Made by a program: the position numbers and the translations under genes | Sequence record: NC_054908.1 | Reading direction: 5' to 3' (one strand) | DNA: 64,000 nucleotides | Origin: Escherichia phage vB_EcoM_DalCa | Shown: positions 19,995 to 39,402 of the stretch, in pieces | Layout: each line of letters begins with the position of its first letter | Numbering within the stretch: the stretch's first letter is position 1 | Notes under the pieces: generated by a model | What the model saw: only the letters and a program-made list of their open reading frames with translations | Databases searched by the model: none | Told to the model about the DNA's origin: nothing

Positions 19995-20002
19995 TATAAA
20001 TA
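19995..20002 (+). promoter_or_regulatory. late promoter TATAAATA (gene 9)
   Basis: exact TATAAATA about 25 nt upstream of ATG 20027. Confidence 0.6.
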
Positions 20003-20026
20003 CTATAAACTCATAAGGAAACCGCT

Positions 20027-20893
20027 ATGTTCATTCAAGAACCAAAGAAATTGATTGATACCGGCGAAATTGGTAACGCTTCTACTGGTGATATCTTATT
20101 CGACGGTGGTAATAAAATTAATAGTGATTTTAACGCAATTTATAATGCGTTTGGCGATCAGCGTAAAATGGCAGTAGCAAATGGCACTGGAGCAGATGGT
20201 CAAATTATCCATGCTACTGGGTATTATCAAAAACACTCTATTACAGAGTACGCAACTCCAGTGAAAGTTGGCACTAGACATGATATTGATACCTCTACTG
20301 TAGGTGTTAAAGTTATTATTGAAAGAGGCGAACTCGGCGATTGTGTTGAATTCATTAACTCTAATGGATCAATATCAGTTACTAATCCTTTAACGATTCA
20401 AGCTATTGATTCAATTAAAGGTGTTTCAGGTAATTTAGTAGTAACTAGCCCATATAGTAAAGTAACTTTACGCTGTATTTCATCTGATAATTCTACATCG
20501 GTTTGGAATTATTCTATTGAAAGTATGTTTGGACAAAAGGAATCACCAGCTGAAGGTACATGGAATATTTCTACATCCGGATCAGTTGATATTCCACTAT
20601 TTCATCGCACTGAATACAATATGGCTAAATTGCTAGTTACGTGCCAATCAGTAGATGGAAGAAAAATTAAAACAGCAGAAATAAATATTCTTGTGGATAC
20701 TGTTAATTCAGAAGTTATTTCTTCTGAGTATGCTGTCATGAGAGTTGGAAATGAAACAGAAGAAGACGAGATTGCTAATATTGCATTTAGTATTAAAACC
20801 AACTATGTAACGGCGACTATAAGTTCTTCTACCGTTGGCATGAGAGCAGCAGTTAAAGTTATCGCTACGCAGAAAATCGGGGTGGCTCAATAA
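20027..20893 (+). CDS. 9: gp9 baseplate wedge / long tail fiber socket
   Basis: 288 aa; synteny. Confidence 0.92.
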   Translation: MFIQEPKKLIDTGEIGNASTGDILFDGGNKINSDFNAIYNAFGDQRKMAVANGTGADGQIIHATGYYQKHSITEYATPVKVGTRHDIDTSTVGVKVIIERGELGDCVEFINSNGSISVTNPLTIQAIDSIKGVSGNLVVTSPYSKVTLRCISSDNSTSVWNYSIESMFGQKESPAEGTWNISTSGSVDIPLFHRTEYNMAKLLVTCQSVDGRKIKTAEINILVDTVNSEVISSEYAVMRVGNETEEDEIANIAFSIKTNYVTATISSSTVGMRAAVKVIATQKIGVAQ

Positions 20894-22698
20894 TGAAACA
20901 AAATATTAATATCGGTAATGTTGTTGATGATGGTACCGGTGACTACCTGCGTAAAGGTGGTATAAAAATAAATGAAAACTTTGATGAACTTTATTATGAA
21001 CTTGGCGATGGAGATGTTCCATATTCAGCCGGTGCCTGGAAAACTTATAATGCTTCATCCGGTCAAACATTAAAAGCTAAGTGGGGAAAATCATACGCTA
21101 TTAATACCTCTTCTGGAAGAGTAACTTTACAACTTCCTAAAGGAACTGTTAATGATTATAATAAAGTAATTAGAGCTAGGGATGTATTTGCAACATGGAA
21201 CATTAATCCAGTTACTTTAGTAGCTGCTTCTGGGGATACAATTAAAGGGTCGTCATCGTCAGTTGAAATTAATATTCAATTTAGTGATTTAGAGCTCGTT
21301 TATTGCGCTCCAGGACGTTGGGAGTATGTCAAAAACAAACAAATTGATAAAATTATTAGTTCAGATATTAGTAATGTAGCTCGCAAAGAATTTTTAGTAG
21401 AAGTTCAAGGACAAACTGACTTTTTAGATGTTTTCCGCGGAACTAGCTATAATGTTAATAACATCCGAGTAAAACACCGTGGTAATGAATTATATTACGG
21501 CGATGTATTTAGTGAAAACAGTGACTTTGGCTCTCCTGGGGAAAATGAAGGAGAATTGATTCCTCTTGATGGATTTAATATTAGATTAAGACAGCCTTGT
21601 AATATTGGTGACACTGTTCAAATTGAAACATTTATGGATGGTATATCACAATGGAGAAGTTCATATACAAGACGCCAAATAAAAGTATTAGATTCAAAAT
21701 TAACGTCAAAAACTTCTTTAGAAGGAAGTATTTACGTTACTGATTTATCAACAATGAAATCAATTCCATTCTCTGCATTTGGATTAATTCCTGGAGAACC
21801 TATTAATCCTAATTCTCTTGAAGTTCGTTTTAATGGAATTTTACAACAACAAGCTGGAACAGCAGGATATCCTCTGTTTTTGTGTGAAGGTGCTAACTCA
21901 GATACGCAAGCAGGATGTATATCTCTTGGTGGTGAATGGAAAGAATCGAACACAGATTATTCTATAGAATATGAAGATGGAAAACCTGTCAGTCTTTTAT
22001 TTGATAGAAAATTTGAATCAGGTGATATAATCGTTATAACATGGTTTAATAATGATTTAGGAACTCTTTTAGAAAAAGATGACATTATTGAATTAACTGA
22101 TGACCGTTATGTTAGTAAAGGATCATCTACTGAAGTTACTGGGGATGTAGCCTTAACAGATTTTGATAAAATCGGTTGGCCAAATGTTGAAAAAGTTGAT
22201 TCTTATACTAGAACGTATAATTCAATATCATCTATTTTCGACAGCATTTATCCTGTTGGTTCAATTTATGAAAATGCTATAAACCCAAATAATCCGGTGA
22301 CTTATATGGGATTTGGTTCATGGAAATTATTTGGTAAAGGACAAGTTTTAGTAGGATGGAATGATGATGTTACGGATCCAAACTTTGCTTTAAACAATAA
22401 TGATTTAGATTCTAGCGGAAATCCTTCACATACTGCCGGTGGAACAGTTGGTACAACATCAGTAACGCTTGAAAACGCAAATCTTCCTGCGACTAAAACT
22501 GATGAAAGAGTTTTAATTGAAGACGAAAATGGATCAGTTATTATTGGAGGATGTCAATATGACCCAGACGAAACTGGTCCTATATATACAAAATATCGTG
22601 AAGACTACGCAACAACAAACTCTTCACATACTCCTCCTACTAATATTAGTAATATTCAACCGTCTATTACTGTATACCGTTGGATAAGGATTGCATAA
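20893..22698 (+). CDS. 10: gp10 baseplate wedge subunit and tail pin
   Basis: 601 aa; synteny. Confidence 0.92.
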   Translation: MKQNINIGNVVDDGTGDYLRKGGIKINENFDELYYELGDGDVPYSAGAWKTYNASSGQTLKAKWGKSYAINTSSGRVTLQLPKGTVNDYNKVIRARDVFATWNINPVTLVAASGDTIKGSSSSVEINIQFSDLELVYCAPGRWEYVKNKQIDKIISSDISNVARKEFLVEVQGQTDFLDVFRGTSYNVNNIRVKHRGNELYYGDVFSENSDFGSPGENEGELIPLDGFNIRLRQPCNIGDTVQIETFMDGISQWRSSYTRRQIKVLDSKLTSKTSLEGSIYVTDLSTMKSIPFSAFGLIPGEPINPNSLEVRFNGILQQQAGTAGYPLFLCEGANSDTQAGCISLGGEWKESNTDYSIEYEDGKPVSLLFDRKFESGDIIVITWFNNDLGTLLEKDDIIELTDDRYVSKGSSTEVTGDVALTDFDKIGWPNVEKVDSYTRTYNSISSIFDSIYPVGSIYENAINPNNPVTYMGFGSWKLFGKGQVLVGWNDDVTDPNFALNNNDLDSSGNPSHTAGGTVGTTSVTLENANLPATKTDERVLIEDENGSVIIGGCQYDPDETGPIYTKYREDYATTNSSHTPPTNISNIQPSITVYRWIRIA

Positions 22699-23357
22699 TG
22701 AGTTTACTTAATAATAAAGCGGGAGTTATTTCCCGCTTAGCAGATTTTCTTGGTTTTAGAACTAAGAAAAATGATATTTCGGTTATGAATAATCAGCCAG
22801 TAGGCGCTGTAACAATTTCACAAATATCAAAAGGTTTTTATGATTCAAATGTAGAATCTGCTATCAATGACGTTAGAAATATGGCAGAGCAACCGGTTGG
22901 AGCTGTATTAGTTAATATAAGCGGCGTATCTCCTACTGGCGTGCAACAGACCGACTATTGGTCATTTGAAGGAACTGTTACTGATACTTCAGTCAAATCA
23001 GGTGACCCAGTTATTGTTAACATGTTTGGTATTCCAGTTAAAGCTACTAATGGAATGACTTCAATTGAATTTACTAGTGCCGTTAGAATAGCTCTACAGG
23101 AAATGGTTGTAAAATTTATTGCAATTGATTCATTTGAAGACCATCCTACCATAGGAAATAAAATACAAGTTAAGTATTTAGATAACCAAGAACATATCTT
23201 AGAACAATACTCTGATAAAGGAATTACTTTCAAACAGGAAATAATTTCTCCTTCTAAACCTGGGTATGGAACTTGGCAATTATTAGGTGCGCAAACTGTT
23301 ACGCTAGATAGTCACACACAACCTACAGTATTTTATTATTTTGAGAGAGTAGCATGA
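22698..23357 (+). CDS. 11: gp11 baseplate wedge subunit and tail pin
   Basis: 219 aa from ATG 22698 (TAATG overlap with gene 10 stop); N-terminus MSLLNNK. Confidence 0.88.
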   Translation: MSLLNNKAGVISRLADFLGFRTKKNDISVMNNQPVGAVTISQISKGFYDSNVESAINDVRNMAEQPVGAVLVNISGVSPTGVQQTDYWSFEGTVTDTSVKSGDPVIVNMFGIPVKATNGMTSIEFTSAVRIALQEMVVKFIAIDSFEDHPTIGNKIQVKYLDNQEHILEQYSDKGITFKQEIISPSKPGYGTWQLLGAQTVTLDSHTQPTVFYYFERVA

Positions 23358-24904
23358 GTAACAATACATATCAGCACGTATCAAATGAATCAAAATATGT
23401 TAAATTCGATCCTACTGGATCGAATTTTCCTGGCACTGTTACGACAGTACAGTCTGCATTATCAAAAATAAGTAATATCGGCGTAAATGGTATTCCTGAT
23501 GCAACTATGGAAGTTAAAGGAATAGCAATGATTGCGTCAGAACAAGAGGTTTTAGATGGAACTAATAATTCTAAAATCGTTACACCAGCTACATTAGCAA
23601 CAAGATTATTGTATCCAAATGCTACTGAAACTAAATATGGTTTAACGCGTTATTCAACAAATGAAGAAACATTAAAAGGCTCAGATAATAATTCATCAAT
23701 AACACCACAAAAACTGAAATACCACACTGACGATGTGTTCAAAAATAGATATTCGTCTGAGTCATCAAACGGGGTTATTAAAATATCATCTACACCTGCA
23801 GCTTTGGCTGGAGTTGATGATACTACTGCGATGACTCCGCTAAAAACCCAAAAACTTGCAATAAAATTAATTTCGCAAATAGCTCCTTCAGAAGACACTG
23901 CAACAGAATCGGTGAGAGGAGTAGTTCAATTATCTACTGTTGCACAAATTCGTCAAGGAACTCTCCGCGAAGGATATGCAATTTCCCCGTATACCTTTAT
24001 GAATTCTGTTGCAACACATGAATATAAGGGTGTTATACGCCTAGGAACGCAGACTGAAATTAATAATAATTTGGGTGGTGTTGCAGTAACAGGTGAAACA
24101 CTAAATGGTCGAGGAGCTACCGGTTCTATGCGTGGAGTAGTTAAATTAACGACGCAAGCCGGTATTGCCCCTGAAGGTGATAGCTCTGGAGCATTAGCAT
24201 GGAACGCAGATGTAATTAATACTCGTGGTGGACAAACTATTAATGGTTCTTTAAATTTAGACCATCTTACAGCAAATGGAATTTGGTCACGCGGTGGAAT
24301 GTGGAAAAATGGCGATCAACCTGTTGCCACTGAAAGATATGCGTCCGAACGAGTTCCGGTTGGAACTATTATGATGTTTGCGGGTGATTCAGCACCTCCA
24401 GGTTGGATTATGTGTCATGGTGGAACCGTGTCAGGTGACCAATTTCCTGATTATAGAAACGTAGTTGGAACAAGATTTGGTGGCGATTGGAATAATCCTG
24501 GCGTTCCTGATATGCGAGGTCTTTTCGTCAGAGGAGCCGGCACAGGCGGTCATATTTTAAATCAACGAGGACAAGATGGTTATGGAAAGGATAGACTTGG
24601 CGTAGGATGTGACGGAATGCATGTTGGTGGTGTTCAAGCACAACAAATGTCATACCATAAACACGCCGGTGGTTGGGGGGAATATAACAGAAGTGAAGGC
24701 CCATTTGGCGCGTCTGTTTATCAAGGATATCTTGGAACTAGAAAATATTCCGACTGGGATAATGCTTCATACTTCACTAATGATGGATTTGAATTAGGCG
24801 GACCGAGAGATGCCCTTGGTACACTTAATCGTGAAGGATTAATTGGTTATGAAACTAGACCATGGAATATATCATTAAACTATATTATTAAAGTTCATTA
24901 CTAA
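23354..24904 (+). CDS. 12: gp12 short tail fiber
   Basis: 516 aa; synteny. Confidence 0.9.
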   Translation: MSNNTYQHVSNESKYVKFDPTGSNFPGTVTTVQSALSKISNIGVNGIPDATMEVKGIAMIASEQEVLDGTNNSKIVTPATLATRLLYPNATETKYGLTRYSTNEETLKGSDNNSSITPQKLKYHTDDVFKNRYSSESSNGVIKISSTPAALAGVDDTTAMTPLKTQKLAIKLISQIAPSEDTATESVRGVVQLSTVAQIRQGTLREGYAISPYTFMNSVATHEYKGVIRLGTQTEINNNLGGVAVTGETLNGRGATGSMRGVVKLTTQAGIAPEGDSSGALAWNADVINTRGGQTINGSLNLDHLTANGIWSRGGMWKNGDQPVATERYASERVPVGTIMMFAGDSAPPGWIMCHGGTVSGDQFPDYRNVVGTRFGGDWNNPGVPDMRGLFVRGAGTGGHILNQRGQDGYGKDRLGVGCDGMHVGGVQAQQMSYHKHAGGWGEYNRSEGPFGASVYQGYLGTRKYSDWDNASYFTNDGFELGGPRDALGTLNREGLIGYETRPWNISLNYIIKVHY

Positions 24905-26419
<1,515 letters not shown>

Positions 26420-26450
26420 CATGGGGCCGCAAGGCCCCAAAGGATTTTAA

Positions 26451-28152
<1,702 letters not shown>

Positions 28153-28193
28153 TAAATATTATAAACTAATTAAAGCCCAGATTAGGAGAAATC

Positions 28194-31334
<3,141 letters not shown>

Positions 31335-31362
31335 TATTAAAGCATATTAAAGAGGATTAAAA

Positions 31363-33342
31363 ATGACTTTATTATCTCCGGGCATTGAGCTCAAAGAAAC
31401 TACGGTTCAAAGCACCGTGGTTAATAACTCTACTGGTACAGCAGCTTTGGCCGGTAAATTCCAGTGGGGTCCTGCTTTTCAGATTAAACAGGTTACAAAC
31501 GAAGTAGATTTAGTTAATACTTTTGGTCAACCAACCGCTGAAACTGCTGACTATTTTATGTCTGCGATGAATTTCTTGCAGTACGGAAATGACTTACGAG
31601 TAGTTCGTGCTGTTGATAGAGATACCGCTAAAAACTCATCGCCAATTGCTGGTAATATTGAATACACAATTTCTACCCCAGGTAGTAACTATGCGGTTGG
31701 AGATAAAATCACGGTCAAATATGTTTCAGATGATATTGAAACTGAAGGTAAAATTACTGAAGTAGACGCAGATGGAAAAATTAAGAAAATTAATATTCCT
31801 ACTGCAAAAATTATCGCTAAAGCAAAAGAAGTCGGTGAATACCCGGAATTAGGTTCTAACTGGACTGCGGAAATTTCTTCATCTTCCTCTGGTTTAGCTG
31901 CAGTAATAACTCTTGGAAAAATTATTACTGATTCTGGTATTTTATTAGCTGAAATTGAAAATGCTGAAGCTGCTATGACAGCGGTTGACTTTCAAGCAAA
32001 TCTTAAAAAATACGGAATTCCAGGAGTAGTAGCTCTTTATCCAGGCGAATTAGGCGATAAAATTGAAATTGAAATCGTATCTAAAGCTGACTATGCAAAA
32101 GGAGCTTCTGCATTACTCCCAATTTATCCAGGTGGTGGTACTCGTGCATCTACTGCCAAAGCAGTGTTTGGATATGGACCGCAAACTGATTCACAGTACG
32201 CTATTATAGTTCGTCGCAATGATGCTATTGTTCAAAGCATTGTTCTTTCAACTAAGCGTGGTGAAAAAGATATTTACGATAGTAACATCTATATTGATGA
32301 CTTTTTCGCAAAAGGTGGTTCAGAATATATTTTCGCAACTGCGCAAAACTGGCCAGAAGGCTTCTCTGGAATTTTAACTCTGTCTGGTGGATTATCATCA
32401 AATGCTGAAGTAACAGCAGGAGATTTGATGGAAGCTTGGGACTTCTTTGCTGACCGCGAATCTGTTGACGTTCAGTTGTTTATTGCAGGTTCTTGTGCCG
32501 GTGAATCTCTTGAAACAGCATCTACTGTCCAAAAACATGTTGTTTCAATTGGTGATGCTCGTCAAGATTGCTTAGTATTGTGCTCACCTCCGCGTGAAAC
32601 TGTAGTTGGAATTCCTGTAACTCGTGCAGTAGATAATTTAGTTAACTGGAGAACTGCAGCAGGTTCATACACTGATAATAACTTTAATATCAGTTCAACC
32701 TACGCAGCAATTGATGGTAACTACAAATATCAGTATGACAAATATAATGATGTGAATCGTTGGGTTCCATTAGCAGCTGATATTGCCGGTTTATGCGCAA
32801 GAACTGATAACGTATCTCAGACTTGGATGTCTCCAGCTGGTTATAATCGCGGCCAGATTCTTAACGTTATTAAACTTGCTATTGAAACTCGCCAAGCTCA
32901 GCGCGACCGTTTATACCAAGAAGCTATCAACCCAGTGACTGGTACAGGTGGTGATGGTTACGTATTATATGGTGATAAAACAGCTACTTCTGTTCCTTCT
33001 CCATTTGATCGTATTAACGTTCGTCGTCTGTTTAATATGTTGAAAACGAACATCGGACGTAGTTCAAAATATCGTTTGTTCGAATTAAACAACGCGTTTA
33101 CTCGTTCATCATTCCGCACAGAAACTGCCCAGTACTTACAGGGAATTAAAGCTCTCGGTGGAATTTATGAATATCGTGTAGTTTGCGATACAACAAATAA
33201 CACTCCGTCAGTAATTGATAGAAATGAGTTTGTTGCAACATTCTACATTCAACCGGCTAGAAGCATTAACTACATTACCTTGAACTTCGTAGCAACTGCT
33301 ACTGGTGCAGATTTCGATGAGTTAACTGGTCTTGCTGGTTAA
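31363..33342 (+). CDS. 18: gp18 contractile tail sheath protein
   Basis: 659 aa; synteny. Confidence 0.95.
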   Translation: MTLLSPGIELKETTVQSTVVNNSTGTAALAGKFQWGPAFQIKQVTNEVDLVNTFGQPTAETADYFMSAMNFLQYGNDLRVVRAVDRDTAKNSSPIAGNIEYTISTPGSNYAVGDKITVKYVSDDIETEGKITEVDADGKIKKINIPTAKIIAKAKEVGEYPELGSNWTAEISSSSSGLAAVITLGKIITDSGILLAEIENAEAAMTAVDFQANLKKYGIPGVVALYPGELGDKIEIEIVSKADYAKGASALLPIYPGGGTRASTAKAVFGYGPQTDSQYAIIVRRNDAIVQSIVLSTKRGEKDIYDSNIYIDDFFAKGGSEYIFATAQNWPEGFSGILTLSGGLSSNAEVTAGDLMEAWDFFADRESVDVQLFIAGSCAGESLETASTVQKHVVSIGDARQDCLVLCSPPRETVVGIPVTRAVDNLVNWRTAAGSYTDNNFNISSTYAAIDGNYKYQYDKYNDVNRWVPLAADIAGLCARTDNVSQTWMSPAGYNRGQILNVIKLAIETRQAQRDRLYQEAINPVTGTGGDGYVLYGDKTATSVPSPFDRINVRRLFNMLKTNIGRSSKYRLFELNNAFTRSSFRTETAQYLQGIKALGGIYEYRVVCDTTNNTPSVIDRNEFVATFYIQPARSINYITLNFVATATGADFDELTGLAG

Positions 33343-33358
33343 TACGGTGCATTCTAAA

Positions 33359-33376
33359 GGCCTGTTTCGGCAGGCC
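33359..33376 (+). terminator. stable UUCG-tetraloop hairpin after gene 18 (no U-run)
   Basis: GGCCTGT-TTCG-GCAGGCC; directly followed by late promoter. Confidence 0.35.
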
Positions 33377-33377
33377 A

Positions 33378-33385
33378 TATAAATA
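33378..33385 (+). promoter_or_regulatory. late promoter TATAAATA (distal, gene 19)
   Basis: exact TATAAATA. Confidence 0.5.
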
Positions 33386-33436
33386 CACTATATCCTTAAT
33401 TCTTTAATTCTATATGCCCTAGGTTAAACATAGGGA

Positions 33437-33444
33437 TATAAATA
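33437..33444 (+). promoter_or_regulatory. late promoter TATAAATA (proximal, gene 19)
   Basis: exact TATAAATA 15 nt upstream of ATG 33459. Confidence 0.5.
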
Positions 33445-33458
33445 CTACAGAGGCTAAT

Positions 33459-33950
33459 ATGTTTGTAGATGATGTAACACGAGCGTTTGAATCTGGTGAT
33501 TTTGCTCGACCTAACTTATTCCAAGTAGAAATTTCTTATCTTGGACAAAATTTTACATTCCAATGTAAAGCCACTGCTTTACCAGCTGGTATTGTAGAAA
33601 AAATTCCAGTCGGATTTATGAACCGTAAAATTAACGTAGCAGGCGATCGTACATTCGATGACTGGACTGTTACAGTAATGAACGATGAAGCTCATGATGC
33701 TCGCCAGAAGTTTGTTGATTGGCAAAGCATTGCTGCTGGTCAAGGAAACGAAATTACTGGTGGAAAACCTGCAGAGTATAAAAAGAGCGCTATTGTTCGT
33801 CAATATGCTCGTGATGCTAAAACAGTAACAAAAGAAATTGAAATTAAAGGTCTGTGGCCTACTAACGTGGGTGAACTTCAATTAGATTGGGATTCAAACA
33901 ATGAAATCCAAACCTTTGAAGTAACTCTTGCTCTCGATTATTGGGAATAA
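33459..33950 (+). CDS. 19: gp19 tail tube protein
   Basis: 163 aa; synteny. Confidence 0.95.
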   Translation: MFVDDVTRAFESGDFARPNLFQVEISYLGQNFTFQCKATALPAGIVEKIPVGFMNRKINVAGDRTFDDWTVTVMNDEAHDARQKFVDWQSIAAGQGNEITGGKPAEYKKSAIVRQYARDAKTVTKEIEIKGLWPTNVGELQLDWDSNNEIQTFEVTLALDYWE

Positions 33951-33982
33951 AATGAATGGGGAGAAATCCCCATCCTGCTTAA

Positions 33983-35607
<1,625 letters not shown>

Positions 35608-35608
<1 letters not shown>

Positions 35609-35847
35609 TGGAAGGTTTAATTGAAGCTATTAAATCAAACGACCTCGTAGCCGCTCGTAAATTATTTGCTGAAGCCATGGCTGCAAGAACGACTGATTTA
35701 ATTAAAGAAGAAAAAATCGCTATCGCTCGTAATTTCTTAATCGAAGGTGAAGAACCTGATGACGAGGATGATGACGAAGACGAAGATAGTGATGATAAAG
35801 ACGACAAAAAAGACAAAGACTCTGACGAAGACGAGGATGATGAATAA
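35608..35847 (+). CDS. 67: gp67 prohead core protein
   Basis: 79 aa with poly-acidic C-terminus. Confidence 0.88.
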
Positions 35848-36272
35848 TGCTTCTGATCCCTGAAACTCATGAATTAGTTCTCGAGAATGTCGAAGCACTT
35901 ATTCCTGAAGCACAGGGTCGCTTTGACGAATTGTCTTCTGCTTTAAATAAAGACGATATAAATACAATTGTCGAGAATATGCTTGATGATGAAACTGATT
36001 TAGCGGTTGCATTAGCTTCTATTAATGAAAATATGCCGTTAAATGAATTTATCGTTAAACATGTTTCTGCCCGTGGTGAAATTACTCGCACTAAAGATCG
36101 CAAAACCCGCGAACGTAATGCATTTCAAACTACCGGGTTGTCTAAAGCAAAACGTAGACAAATTGCTCGTAAAGCTACCAAAACGAAGATTGCCAATCCA
36201 GCAGGTCAATCTCGTGCTCAGCGTAAGCGTAAAAAAGCTCTTAAACGCCGTAAAGCATTAGGATTAAGCTAA
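35847..36272 (+). CDS. 68: gp68 prohead core protein
   Basis: 141 aa, basic C-terminus; synteny. Confidence 0.88.
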
Positions 36273-36910
36273 TGAATGAACCCCAATTACTAATTGAAAC
36301 TTGGGGTCAACCTGGCGAAATTATTGATGGCGTACCAATGCTTGAATCTCATGATGGAAAAGACTTAGGTTTAAAACCGGGTTTATACATCGAAGGAATA
36401 TTCATGCAAGCGGAAGTCGTCAATAGAAATAAACGTCTTTATCCAAAACGTATATTAGAAAAAGCGGTAAAAGACTATATTAATGAGCAAGTTTTAACTA
36501 AACAAGCTCTCGGAGAATTAAATCATCCTCCACGCGCTAATGTTGACCCGATGCAAGCCGCTATCATTATAGAAGATATGTGGTGGAAAGGAAATGACGT
36601 ATACGGACGAGCTCGTGTTATTGAAGGTGACCACGGTCCTGGAGATAAATTAGCAGCTAATATTCGTGCCGGATGGATTCCAGGAGTTTCTTCTCGTGGA
36701 TTAGGTTCATTGACTGACACAAATAAAGGTTATCGTATCGTAAACGAAGGATTCAAATTAACTGTAGGTGTTGATGCAGTATGGGGTCCAAGTGCTCCAG
36801 ATGCATGGGTAACTCCTAAGGAAATTACCGAATCACAGACGGCGGAAGCCGATACAAGTGCCGATGACGCCTATATGGCTCTCGCAGAGGCCATGAAAAA
36901 AGCGTTATAA
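36272..36910 (+). CDS. 21: gp21 prohead core protease
   Basis: 212 aa; synteny 68-21-22. Confidence 0.93.
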   Translation: MNEPQLLIETWGQPGEIIDGVPMLESHDGKDLGLKPGLYIEGIFMQAEVVNRNKRLYPKRILEKAVKDYINEQVLTKQALGELNHPPRANVDPMQAAIIIEDMWWKGNDVYGRARVIEGDHGPGDKLAANIRAGWIPGVSSRGLGSLTDTNKGYRIVNEGFKLTVGVDAVWGPSAPDAWVTPKEITESQTAEADTSADDAYMALAEAMKKAL

Positions 36911-36913
36911 ATA
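36906..36913 (+). promoter_or_regulatory. late promoter TATAAATA (gene 22)
   Basis: exact TATAAATA overlapping gene 21 stop, 28 nt upstream of ATG 36941. Confidence 0.6.
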
Positions 36914-36940
36914 TTATTATCTAAACAACAGGACTACAAA

Positions 36941-37750
36941 ATGCTTAAAGAACAACTGATTGCCGAAGCGCAGAAAATTGATGCTTCCGTTGCTCTTGAT
37001 AGTATTTTCGAATCAGTTAATATTTCTCCGGAAGCAAAAGAAACTTTCGGCACTGTATTCGAAGCTACCGTCAAGCAGCACGCCGTTAAATTAGCTGAAT
37101 CTCATATCGCTAAAATTGCTGAAAAAGCAGAAGAAGAAGTAGAAAAAAATAAAGAAGAAGCAGAAGAAAAAGCTGAGAAGAAAATCGCTGAGCAAGCTTC
37201 TAAATTCCTTGACCATCTTGCAAAAGAATGGCTCACTGAAAATAAATTAGCAGTAGATAAAGGTATCAAAGCCGAACTGTTTGAATCCATGCTTGGTGGA
37301 TTGAAAGAGCTCTTCGTTGAACACAACGTTGTTGTTCCAGAAGAATCAGTTGATGTTGTAGCTGAAATGGAAGAAGAACTGCAAGAACATAAAGAAGAAT
37401 CAGCTCGTCTGTTCGAAGAACTCAATAAGCGTGACGCATATATCAATTATGTGCAGCGTGAAGTGGCATTGAGCGAAAGTACTAAAGATCTGACTGAGTC
37501 TCAAAAAGAAAAAGTCTCTGCTCTGGTCGAAGGTATGGATTATTCAGATGCATTCTCAAGTAAATTGAGTGCAATCGTAGAAATGGTGAAGAAATCTAAT
37601 AAAGATGAAAGCACTATTACTGAGAGTATAAATACTCCTGATACTGAAGCAGCCGGACTGAATTTCGTCACTGAAGCTGTAGAAGATAAATCTGCACAAG
37701 GTGCAGAAGATATTGTAAGTGTATATGCGAAAGTCGCATCTCGTTTCTAA
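36941..37750 (+). CDS. 22: gp22 prohead core scaffold protein
   Basis: 269 aa acidic coiled-coil protein. Confidence 0.93.
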   Translation: MLKEQLIAEAQKIDASVALDSIFESVNISPEAKETFGTVFEATVKQHAVKLAESHIAKIAEKAEEEVEKNKEEAEEKAEKKIAEQASKFLDHLAKEWLTENKLAVDKGIKAELFESMLGGLKELFVEHNVVVPEESVDVVAEMEEELQEHKEESARLFEELNKRDAYINYVQREVALSESTKDLTESQKEKVSALVEGMDYSDAFSSKLSAIVEMVKKSNKDESTITESINTPDTEAAGLNFVTEAVEDKSAQGAEDIVSVYAKVASRF

Positions 37751-37768
37751 TTTTAAAGGTTAACACAA

Positions 37769-39319
37769 ATGACTATCAAAACTAAAGCTGAACTTTTGAA
37801 CAAATGGAAGCCATTACTGGAAGGTGAAGGTTTACCGGAAATTGCTAATAGCAAACAAGCGATTATCGCTAAAATCTTTGAAAACCAGGAAAAAGATTTC
37901 CAGACAGCTCCGGAATATAAAGACGAAAAAATTGCTCAGGCATTCGGTTCTTTCTTAACAGAAGCTGAAATCGGTGGTGACCACGGTTACAATGCTACCA
38001 ACATCGCTGCAGGTCAGACTTCTGGAGCAGTAACTCAGATTGGCCCAGCTGTTATGGGTATGGTACGTCGTGCTATTCCTAACCTGATTGCTTTCGATAT
38101 TTGTGGTGTTCAGCCAATGAATAACCCGACTGGCCAGGTATTCGCACTGCGTGCAGTATATGGTAAAGACCCAATCGCTGCTGATGCTAAAGAAGCATTC
38201 CACCCAATGTATGGTCCAGATGCAATGTTCTCTGGTCAGGGTGCTGCTAAGAAATTCCCAGCTCTGGCTGCTAGCACACAAACCAAAGTAGGTGATATCT
38301 ATACTCACTTCTTCCAGGAAACTGGTACTGTATATCTGCAAGCTTCTGCTCAAGTAACAATTAGTTCTACTGCAGATGATGCAGAAATTAAGAAACAAAT
38401 GGAAGCTGGCGCATTGGTAGAAATCGCTGAAGGTATGGCTACTTCTATCGCTGAACTTCAGGAAGGTTTCAACGGTTCTACCGATAACCCATGGAATGAA
38501 ATGGGCTTCCGTATCGATAAACAAGTTATCGAAGCTAAATCTCGTCAGCTGAAAGCTGCTTACTCTATCGAATTAGCACAAGACCTCCGCGCTGTTCACG
38601 GTATGGATGCTGATGCTGAACTGTCTGGTATTCTGGCTACCGAAATTATGCTGGAAATCAACCGCGAAGTTGTTGATTGGATTAACTACTCCGCTCAGGT
38701 TGGTAAATCTGGTATGACCCTGACTCCGGGTTCTAAAGCTGGTGTATTTGACTTCCAGGACCCAATCGATATTCGTGGTGCTCGCTGGGCAGGTGAATCC
38801 TTTAAAGCTCTGTTGTTCCAGATTGACAAAGAAGCAGTTGAAATTGCTCGTCAGACTGGTCGCGGCGAAGGTAACTTCATTATCGCTTCCCGTAACGTAG
38901 TTAACGTTCTGGCTTCAGTTGATACCGGCATTTCTTATGCTGCACAAGGTCTGGCTACTGGCTTTAACACTGATACTACCAAGTCAGTATTTGCTGGTGT
39001 TCTGGGTGGTAAATACCGTGTATATATCGACCAGTATGCTAAACAGGATTATTTCACCGTAGGTTATAAAGGTCCGAACGAAATGGATGCTGGTATTTAC
39101 TATGCTCCATATGTAGCTCTGACTCCGCTGCGTGGTTCTGATCCGAAGAACTTCCAACCGGTAATGGGATTCAAAACTCGTTACGGTATCGGTATCAACC
39201 CATTTGCAGAATCCGCTGCTCAGGCTCCGGCTTCTCGCATCCAGAGCGGTATGCCTTCTATTCTGAATAGCCTTGGTAAAAACGCTTACTTCCGCCGTGT
39301 ATATGTTAAAGGTATCTAA
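37769..39319 (+). CDS. 23: gp23 major capsid protein
   Basis: 516 aa; N-terminus MTIKTKAELLNKWKPLLEGEG; differs from T4 by a short internal indel. Confidence 0.97.
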   Translation: MTIKTKAELLNKWKPLLEGEGLPEIANSKQAIIAKIFENQEKDFQTAPEYKDEKIAQAFGSFLTEAEIGGDHGYNATNIAAGQTSGAVTQIGPAVMGMVRRAIPNLIAFDICGVQPMNNPTGQVFALRAVYGKDPIAADAKEAFHPMYGPDAMFSGQGAAKKFPALAASTQTKVGDIYTHFFQETGTVYLQASAQVTISSTADDAEIKKQMEAGALVEIAEGMATSIAELQEGFNGSTDNPWNEMGFRIDKQVIEAKSRQLKAAYSIELAQDLRAVHGMDADAELSGILATEIMLEINREVVDWINYSAQVGKSGMTLTPGSKAGVFDFQDPIDIRGARWAGESFKALLFQIDKEAVEIARQTGRGEGNFIIASRNVVNVLASVDTGISYAAQGLATGFNTDTTKSVFAGVLGGKYRVYIDQYAKQDYFTVGYKGPNEMDAGIYYAPYVALTPLRGSDPKNFQPVMGFKTRYGIGINPFAESAAQAPASRIQSGMPSILNSLGKNAYFRRVYVKGI

Positions 39320-39334
39320 TCTTTGACGATTTAA

Positions 39335-39362
39335 GGGACCTTCGGGTCCCTTTAGTTGTTTT
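39335..39362 (+). terminator. terminator-like hairpin after gene 23
   Basis: GGGACC-TTCG-GGTCCC followed by TTTAGTTGTTTTT. Confidence 0.55.
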
Positions 39363-39367
39363 TATGG

Positions 39368-39375
39368 TATAAATA
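39368..39375 (+). promoter_or_regulatory. late promoter TATAAATA (gene 24)
   Basis: exact TATAAATA 28 nt upstream of ATG 39403. Confidence 0.6.
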
Positions 39376-39402
39376 AATCATATAAACTGAAAGGAAAGCG
39401 CA

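Noticed and set aside
37955-38524. 189-aa antisense ORF inside gene 23
   Set aside because: Lies within the major capsid gene on the opposite strand with no RBS or promoter; same reasoning for antisense ORFs in gene 7 (17696..18055), gene 12, gene 17 and alt (57632..58240).
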